Positions 23,890-24,916 of a stretch of 24,916 nucleotides of DNA are shown in pieces. The translations under genes and the position numbers were made by a program. Source of the DNA: Candidatus Caldarchaeales archaeon. Lineage in GTDB: Archaea > Thermoproteota > Nitrososphaeria_A > Caldarchaeales > Calditenuaceae. The number at the start of each line of letters is the position of its first letter. Positions within the stretch are counted from its first letter, which is position 1. The stretch is taken from contig JAVVGN010000020.1 of assembly GCA_032249095.1 (NCBI GenBank), forward strand, positions 1-24,916. Reading direction: 5' to 3'. The notes beneath the pieces are model-generated. The model searched no databases and was not told the origin of the DNA. It was given only the letters and a program-made list of their open reading frames with translations.

Positions 23890-24330
23890 GACTTCGAGAG
23901 GTTTAAGAAATATATTGAGCATTGTGAGAGGTGTGTGGCGGTTTTCATCAGGGGCTTCGCGGACTCGGAAGGAAGTGTTGACAAGAATGGAAACATAATT
24001 ATCTACAACACCGACCTAAGACTACTCACATATGTTAAGGAGCTTCTTAGGAGATTTGGCATAGAGTCTATTGGGCCAAGACTCTGTATTCAACGAGGAA
24101 CTATAATACGTGATCCTAAGACGGGGAAGCACTACTCGCGCAACAAGGATTGCTACTTCCTCTATATTCGAGTCAACAGTAATATGAGCTTCTACAGATA
24201 CATGGGCTTTACTATTAGGAGGAAGCAGATGTGGCTAGAAAGCTACATCAAGAGAACCACTAGAATACCTACCCCCTCCCCCAACCATTTCCCAACAGAC
24301 GCTCCCACACTCATCATATCAATTAACTAA
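23890..24330 (+). pseudogene. LAGLIDADG homing endonuclease, C-terminal half only (5' part removed at the IS6 insertion)
   Basis: The frame is open from 23890 (DFERFKKYIEHCERC..). FIRGFADSEGSV is a LAGLIDADG motif, followed by LLTYVKELLRRFGI. Confidence 0.7.
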
Positions 24331-24509
24331 TTTCGGGCCCATCGGGACTTGAACCTAGAGTCGTCGTACTACGGACAACTCTAGGCCGGGTCTCGGTGAG
24401 CCATTCCATCACTGCTTGCCGGTCGGTCTCTACGTCCATGCCGCCTCACAACGCCTGCAAACCTGCTCAGATAACTTCGAGTGTCCTCATAAAATATACT
24501 GTATAATTA

Positions 24510-24916
24510 GATAGTGTCCAAATAAGGCGTTATATTTAAAGGCCTGTTGATTTGTCTTGTATGTTATGGATGTTGTGGCCCTAGTTTCGAGCTGTTTTAT
24601 GCGTAATAAAAAAGTAGGGAGGTTAAGGTCCTAGCAGTGTTGGACTACATGTTCCATGGTAGCTGTAGGAAGGTCTCTAGGGTCCTTAGCATGGGTTTGG
24701 AGCCTATAAGCAAGTCTGCCGTCCACTACCTCGCCAAGAAGGTATCTAAAATCAGGGTCGCTAGGGAGCCTAGGTATAGGAGGTGTATAGCTGTTGATGA
24801 GACTAAGCTACGTGTCAAGAAATCCTACGTATACATATGGTCTGCAGTAGACGTAGATTCCAAGGAATTATTGGCTCTGGAGGCGTCTTATGGGAGGAGC
24901 AGCCTGAATGCCCTAT
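24510..24916 (+). mobile_element. Second IS6-like element, left end (runs off the window)
   Basis: TIR gatagtgtccaaataaggc resembles the TIR at 23189. It is followed by an IS6-type transposase reading frame. Confidence 0.7.
24649..24916 (+). CDS. IS6-family transposase, partial (possibly frameshifted near the N-terminus)
   Basis: MFHGSCRKVSRVLS..CIAVDETKLRV..YIWSAVDVDSKELLAL is homologous to 23207-23842. Confidence 0.7.
   Translation, partial: MFHGSCRKVSRVLSMGLEPISKSAVHYLAKKVSKIRVAREPRYRRCIAVDETKLRVKKSYVYIWSAVDVDSKELLALEASYGRSSLNAL

Noticed and set aside
24334-24420. Complete tRNA gene on the minus strand
   Set aside because: Only a T-loop/acceptor 3' strand-like 22-mer is present. The T stem does not pair (ctagg versus cccga), and no D arm, anticodon arm or 5' acceptor strand is found.
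1-24916. CRISPR array
   Set aside because: No run of regularly spaced 24-40-nt direct repeats was seen. All repeats found are dispersed mobile-element copies.

Overview
The window looks like an archaeal chromosome segment, probably from a crenarchaeal hyperthermophile. This is inferred from TATA-box/leaderless gene starts, a type-A-like RNase P RNA, and AmmeMemoRadiSam, AsnRS and SufC genes. Housekeeping genes alternate with many mobile-element scars.

Housekeeping and accessory genes I can support:
- RecA-superfamily ATPase, wHTH protein, DUF411 metal-binding protein
- large radical SAM protein, XdhC-family protein, CHRD protein
- RNase P RNA (missed by the ORF track)
- phosphoribosyltransferase, SufC, AsnRS, MEMO/AmrB
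- a tandem ThyX-like protein, PspC-domain protein, MFS transporter
- membrane-anchored wHTH regulator, Zn-alcohol dehydrogenase, LeuD

The main signal is one repeat family present six times:
- copy A, ~214-1687
- A2, 1895-2245
- B, 7461-9045
- C, 12058-13297
- E, 14800-15264
- D, 21457-21586

I read this family as a divergent archaeal IS110-like element with four parts:
- a long G+T-skewed non-coding 5' leader
- an optional two-ORF module
- a short (268 aa) DEDD-like recombinase
- a ~160-nt structured RNA directly after the recombinase stop codon

The RNA's helices are supported by compensatory changes and by plus-strand-only G-U pairs across copies. A second subfamily (copy A) has a different sequence but the same architecture. 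This resembles the bridge/seek-RNA plus recombinase arrangement of bacterial IS110/IS1111 elements, though the protein lacks an obvious canonical SG serine motif. No copy in the window carries all modules intact.

Other mobile DNA:
- an intact IS6-family IS that cuts a LAGLIDADG endonuclease gene
- a second IS6-like element running off the window end
- a 109-bp IS6-derived MITE
- a 363-bp IS5-like mini-element nested in copy D

No CRISPR array, rRNA gene or convincing complete tRNA gene was seen.
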